A DNA stretch of 64,000 bases from Bigelowiella natans CCMP2755 (Eukaryota; Protista; Cercozoa), in contig ADNK01000035.1 in the NCBI GenBank assembly GCA_000320545.1, forward strand, positions 62,001-126,000. The letters run 5' to 3'. Both the position numbers and the translations under genes were made by a program. The notes below the pieces were generated by a model, which did no database searches, was not told the origin of the DNA, and saw nothing but the letters and a program-made list of their open reading frames with translations. This document shows positions 57,878 through 64,000 of the stretch, one piece after another (the first letter of the stretch is position 1; each line of letters opens with the position of its first letter).

Positions 57878-58886
57878 ACACACAAATAAACATCTGTATA
57901 TGTATTTATAAATATGAATATATATAATATGTATATACAGATGTTTGCAAATATAGTTCCCAGCTCTATTGGAAAATACATGAATTGTACTTTACTCTCA
58001 ATTATACGGCCTGGGAATGTATTGAATCCCAGTTGCATTTTGAAATTGATGTTTTGATTTTATTTTGTCGGAAGAAAGTCTACAAAACCCGAAAAGCAAA
58101 CAGTAAACCTAAGCCGAGAACACTGCGCATAAGAGAATTTGTCTAAAACAGTGTTTGTACCCCGATGATAGTGAAAGCACAAATTTCATGCATTTTCCTT
58201 CCATTGTCTTCCTCAAGGAGATCCTCCACGTCGTAACCATCTGTTGAAAATTAATTTCCAGTTACAAACACATAAAATACTTCCACCAAGTAGAAGTATA
58301 TTCATATCTTCTTATCTTTTGTGATGGTTATTATACCTTTTCCGAAATCTCTTCCTTCATATGAATTGTTCTCCACAATCTGCAGAACAACCACAATGTT
58401 AGATAAGAGGAAGAAAAGAAAAGAAGAAGGAGGAGGAGGAGAGAATGAAAGGAGACAAGAGAGAAGATAAAAAAGTCGAAGGGGGGGAGATACGAATTGA
58501 GAGGAGATAGTCGTGGAATTTTAGACCTCTGTGCATTCCTTCCAACGTGCACTCTCCTACAATCAAAAAAGAGGTGCAAAATATTATTATTAGTAAGATT
58601 CGTAGTTCTTCCGATCAGAGACTAATTTCATGGAGCACCCCGAGAGACTTCACAAATTGTAGGATATCTTTAGCATCCCAGTCCTTCACCTCCTTGGAAT
58701 GGGTCTGGTGATCTAGTAGTCGGAAATATACATGAATATGTTGTCAACAATTACATCAGCCCTGGGCAAATATTGGACCGAAAATGATTTATAAACCTGC
58801 TTTAGCCTGATGCGTCTCTTGATAATGCCTTCTGATTTTCTAATCAAGAAAATTGTGTTTGAAACCTTCTTCTGTGCCTCCGCTTC

Positions 58887-58931
<45 letters not shown>

Positions 58932-59584
58932 CTTCTCTTCTCTCTCTCGCTCGCTCCTTGTAAGTTAATTTTTCCCTCATCACTTTTTTTTTAATTTACT
59001 TTTTTAATTTGCCTCATTTCTCCATTTTTTACATTTGATTGCTTGAATGCCTTCGCTAATCCTCGCAACTGTTTGCTGTCATCTGGTCCCCAACCTATCA
59101 AGCAAGCAACAATAGGATGTGAAAAAGTAGAATATGAACATAAAATTGCAGCGAGCAACCATAGAGTAGTTCCACTCCAGTAATTTCCAAATTTATTACA
59201 GCCTGAATAAACGAAAATGATTAATCATACGTAGTACATCATCTTTTGGGAGTGTAGTGGATGGGCCTGCTGACATCGTAAACTAGTTTTCGTCGACGCT
59301 GGGCTTTCTGAAACATTTTAAAAATGATATTAATTCACCTCCAACATGATACCGATAGCAACGATTGCGATTACCTGCCAATCATTGATATCCCAAAGGC
59401 TCTGCATCCATTCAGTAACATCCTTTGGCGTCCATTGGTGAATCTCCTTGGACTCCCAAGGGCTCATGTTATCCTTGTTATCATATATGGATATGTCCTG
59501 ATCGAGGTGAATAACGCATCCCGCGTATGACTCTGTTGAAGGTGATCTGATCATGCGAACATCTCCCTTGGTTCCATCTTGCAT
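48239..59584 (-). CDS. Multidomain tyrosine-kinase-type protein: SAM, SAM, kinase, Mib-repeat/SH3-like, Tudor/MBT-like, UBA-like; >30 exons (start may be further upstream)
   Basis: SAM-like IHQWTPKDVTEWMQSL and VKDWDAKDILQFVKSLG. Kinase motifs SLGRGFFG, VAVKCI..EVLKE, HPHVIKFFGCC, MLNEYCERGSL, HRDIACRNIL..VIGDYGLSR, SWPPES..FTFFSDVWMVGVAIWELL and LMEMCLKMEDRER. Tudor-like LEVGTRIDALD..WLEAVV..VRVHFPGFDDNFDEWI. UBA-like LKHMDFTDEQVADA..MLNYL. That all parts form one transcript is inferred. Confidence 0.8.
55252..55296 (+). repeat. 21-bp perfect tandem duplication in an intron
   Basis: ACAAGATATCAATTACGAGAG occurs twice in tandem. Confidence 0.9.
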
Positions 59585-60417
59585 GTTGTTTTCGAGAGCT
59601 CTTGCGTGCTGTGTCGGGGGGAGATACACGCGTGGAACTTTTTTCTCACCCGCACGAGAAAATACTCTGAGAATACAAAGGAACAAGGGCTGTGCGACAA
59701 CAAGATTTTTTTTTTTTCCTACAACACATGCAACGAATGCTCCATAGGTTTAAAACTATTCTCTGACGTTTCAGCGTCGAGAAAATTGACAGAACTTGTT
59801 AACTTTTGTATCCTGCGACATTGAAATTTCTCCTTGGTTTCAGACAAATCTCCTCAATCTCAAACATATCGGAATGGGTATCTTTTTTTTTCAGAGTGGA
59901 TGTAATTCAATTAGACAAGGTTAAAATGATCTCAAAGTTGAATTGAAAGTGAAATTTGGTCAATACAAAACTAAATTCCATGTTTTCTTCTTAATACAAG
60001 TATGCAACATAGGAACCAAATGCTGAAAATGCCTACTACGTGGATAGAGGAAGAGAACTCATTTTCAAAGAAAAAACCTGCGTTCTTTTGTACAGAAGGA
60101 GAGAAATAGGTGCTTATTTGTTGTAAAATGAATTGGGTTCTGTCCATCCACAGGTTATTCAAAGAATAAATGCTTTTACTTATAAATTACAAGTCTGAAA
60201 ACCCCAATGTTAGTCCCCAGTGACAAGATTACTTCAAAAAACACGTAGCGGATAGCAGAAGCATGTCGTTCTTCATCATATACATATCGTAAAAAATAAA
60301 TTTAACATAATATGTCCTCTATTTTCATCTTTTGATGAAAATTTGTGCAAAATATTATGTCTAACTCTCCTTTGAGCACAGATCTACGTTCCTCCCTGCC
60401 CCATCGCCTCCAATGCC

Positions 60418-62734
60418 ATGACTACTGTGCTGACTAAGTATGACGAAATGAAGAATGTCATTCGTAGCGCAAAGATTCGATGGCTAGAAGAGTCGGATAT
60501 CACAGACATACTGGTCAACTATCAAGCATACGGATTCCCGATAAGCAACTCCACAGCTCAGAAGCCTATAACTACCGGAAGTCTTTTTTTATGTAAGTAC
60601 TAACCTTATCTTCTTTTCCACTCACTTAAATCCCGTACAAGAAACTAATCATTTGTATATTTTACAATGTTATTGCACGACTCACGCAGACAATACAACG
60701 CTTGGGACCGACTGGCGCTCAGACGGCTACGTGTGGGACCCAGCTAAAGAAAAAGTTGTCAGGTGGCCATTGAGTTATCAAGAGTGGAAACTTCATATTT
60801 CAGAACTGACCAGTATGTTTTTTAGACTTGATGTTACAGTGTATGGCCCTCTTTCTTGCATGATGAGCGATGGCGTTGGCGTTTCACGGCGAGGATATTG
60901 GCTGGAGTCTCAGTCCAACATTGTACTGACACAATACCTCAACATTTCCGCCCACACACAAGGTATTTTATTGTACTACATATAAGATATTATGGTTTAA
61001 GCTCAGCTCCATTGAAAGTCCAGTACGTTTGACAGGGGAAACAGGATTACCATTCTTTTCTGGTTTCGGAATCGATTCGGAGCTAAGCTTGAGCTCGAAC
61101 CTAAGTTCAAACACCGCCTCGGCCATAGACGCAAACGCAACCGTGGAACTGTAATTCCTATTGTTTTTGGTATTCTCTCCAAAAACTGATCTAGATTAAT
61201 ACTGTCCTTACAGATTGACTGGAGAATCTGCGGAGTCTTCGAAGTGCGATGTGTTTCTAAATCCGGACCCACCTGCTCAAGCCTATCCATCTAACGGAAT
61301 GCGTAGAATAAAAACATCCCCAGGAGCATTATCCTCTCTTGCAAATACAAACCCTTTTCAATTCTCAACACCAGAGCGAACGATACCAAATGTTGTTACA
61401 CCTGAAATACAGCTACAGAGCAATCCTGCGAAACGAGTAGCCACTCAGCAACGAATGCAGCATATCCTATCAAGAAATATGAATCTTCATAGACGGAACG
61501 ATGGAAGAAATGGTATTGAAGGTACAGTGGGAAACAGCTCAGGTCTTTCGGGTGCAACTAACTTTCGAAATTCAGCTGGGATTGGATTCCCAATCCCTGC
61601 AGGGGGGGTTCAAAATAAGGGGGGATTAAGACGAATTATGTCTTCTCCGATGCCTTTGGATCGCCTCGGAAAAAAGGAAGTTGATAATGAGGACCCTGAA
61701 AAGACCTCGAAACGGTTGTATAGTTTTGATGAGTTATCTTTATGTTTTCTGAAGCAATGAATGTTTCATCAGAAAAGCTCGAAAAGCAGAGGTTGCACGT
61801 GCCTGCAGGAAGAGGAAAAAGGCCTACATTCAGAGCCTGGAGCAGAAAGCCGCTGCTCTCCAAAGAAAGCTTGCAGAGATGGCCTCGAATGCATCTCAAA
61901 GCAAATCGGAGGAGGATGTTCACGGGTAGAACTTCCTATTCATTAATACTTCAGCAACTTGGATTCTTAATGAAGTTTTGTAATTTCTTTAGAGAGGAGC
62001 AGAAAAACATATTGAATGAGATGGAACGGGCGATATCAAGTCCTCTCCCTGATTCCAAAGAAATTAAGAAACTTATTCATCGTTTTGTGGCAAACTCGAG
62101 ACAACACAGAGACCACTTTTGGAGACACGCGGAGAACACATTGAAGAGTATTAACCCAGGTTACACGTAGCAATCATGCGTCTGGGAATTAGTGCTTATT
62201 CAGCTTCATCAGGTGCTCAAGCAAAATTTGCATTGTGGGGCCTTGATCAAGATGACGAATTCTATGAGAAACCAGGACTATGGAAAACATTGATGTCTGA
62301 TGAAATTGGTTTAGACGATACGCAGGTAGAGGAGTCTCTGAATTTTAACAATGCATCGATTCTTCCTTAAATATGAATCAATCCTTCAACAGATGAAAAA
62401 ATTACTTCGTTGTCGAGAGAAGGTGCGCGATACCAAAAATGAACTTCTGGAAATTCAAAATCGATTAATCGGTTTGAGGAAACTGATGAATGAACATCTG
62501 GCAAAGCGATACAAACTATTAGATCGATTGCTCGAAAATCTAAAACCAATCCAGGCAGCACGATTCTTTCTTTGGGTGTCCAAAAATTCTTCTTGCATGC
62601 AGATGCTGCAAACAGTAATACTCACCAGAAGAAACTCAACTGGAAGAATATGAGCTAAATTGTTCCTGTTATTGTAGGTCTGGAAGATTCCAGAGAGACC
62701 TTCGGACATGGCAACCGTAAAAATGGAACTCTGA
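60418..62734 (+). CDS. Transcription factor: CG-1 DNA-binding domain, bZIP and DOG1-like helical domain; multi-exon
   Basis: CG-1: AKIRWLEESDITDILVN..KP..GSLFL..WRSDGYVW..RRGYWLE..IVLTQYL. bZIP: KR|KARKAEVARACRKRKKAYIQSLEQKAAALQRKL. C-terminal QAKFALW..IGLDDTQ..LKPIQAARFFLWV. Stop TGA at 62732-62734. Confidence 0.88.
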
Positions 62735-62799
62735 AACTTTAGTCGACTTCCCCGAAGCGAAAATGATACAATTTGTGTTGAAATATTACATTTATACAA

Positions 62800-62841
<42 letters not shown>

Positions 62842-62999
62842 TTATACATAATTGACAGGGAATTTGTACTTCACTTCTTTGTAATTCTCTCTTTGTAGAA
62901 TTAAACTTGCACCCTGCAATTACAACAGTCTTTGCCAAGTCATTAGAAGATACTTGTGCATCTCTTAGCCATAGTAATCTATCTGTCATTCTATTACTC

Positions 63000-64000
63000 A
63001 ACTAATATTCACTTTGAGACATGTACTTATGTGTATTTCATTTAGAGCTACGCTAGACATACTTACTAAGTACGATGATTGAAACCTAGTTGATTCTCAG
63101 AAAAGTCTATAGAGACTTGCCACTGAATCTTGCATATTATGTTTATCATAAGATGCCTAAACAAATTGCATATGTTGCTACATCTATCTCTCTTCAGTGT
63201 CAACGTGCACAGCTAGCGTACACACACATATCTTTGATTCATCTAGTCATCTACTCATACACGTAATCTTTGCAACGACAAACTTAATCACGATAGGTAT
63301 AGTCATACAGTGCTAGAGTGGTTGGGAGTAATCCCTAAGCACAATGCACAATATAATGTCTAGATCTGCGGCGATATGTCCAGATATACACATCTAGACA
63401 CATGACGTATTTTGATACACAAAACCTAGCGCAATATTAGCACGCACGAGTTGCTAGCTTAAAAACACGTAACTAACGTAACAACAATGACATCGGCGTA
63501 CGTCAGCATTCCAGGCGCGACCCACCAACGCCATTGACATACACTGTGTGTCCTAGCGCTACACATAGACGCAATCATCATCAATTCGCATATAAGACAC
63601 GCATCTAGATGAAGCCTGCGCAAGATCTAGCTAGCAAGCTAGCATATACTGATCGATGTAGATCGAGACGTTGCTAGGTTGGCACTAGCAGCGCCGTGCG
63701 GACTACTAGCTAGCTAGCTAGACCATTGCAGCTATGCATACATCACAACATTCGCATGCATGCATGGCTGCCACGCTAGCACGATCGATACGAATAGCTC
63801 TAGCTGCACTAGCTAGCTAGCCTAGCAGCCACAGATCTACATGTGTCGACTTCACACGTTGAATAATGCTACAATGCACTGTGCGCTGGCGGTAATAGTA
63901 AGTCTTATTACTAGCTATGCAAGTGTGAGCACGCACGGATAAGTGTGCATGTGGAACGTAGCACATGGGAGCCACAACGATCATGTAATGCAATTCCTGT
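63000..64000. other. Intergenic island 7 (downstream of the bZIP gene 3' end)
   Basis: About 27 CTAG in 1 kb by hand count. Confidence 0.75.

Overview
Gene-dense, intron-rich eukaryotic (protist/algal) nuclear DNA. The organellar-type GluRS with a long hydrophobic leader suggests an alga with a complex plastid, possibly chlorarachniophyte-like (inference only). About 14-16 protein-coding genes, nearly all spliced, were reconstructed by hand, so exon boundaries are approximate. They include a BAR-PH protein, a GT25 glycosyltransferase, GluRS, an NZF-C2-DPF adaptor, a FemAB-like GNAT, an L-type lectin, RBBP4/MSI1, a BSD protein, a TRF2/HOY1-type PH protein, an ERD2-like protein, a SAM-tyrosine-kinase multidomain protein and a CG-1/bZIP/DOG1-like transcription factor. 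The most striking signal is non-coding. A transposon-like relic at ~1.3-4.65 kb has lost essentially every TpA dinucleotide (3 in ~3.35 kb). TpA appears converted to TpG or CpA on both strands while CpG is retained, i.e. an A-to-G, 'reverse-RIP'-like hypermutation. Its ORF has zero Tyr and excess Cys/His, and paired repeat copies differ by TG versus CA at the same site. Milder, CTAG/CATG/TGCA-rich islands with an apparently related signature occupy every convergent (tail-to-tail) gene junction in the window and none of the divergent ones. This suggests a targeted, possibly undescribed genome-defence mutator. No candidate enzyme for it is visible in this window.
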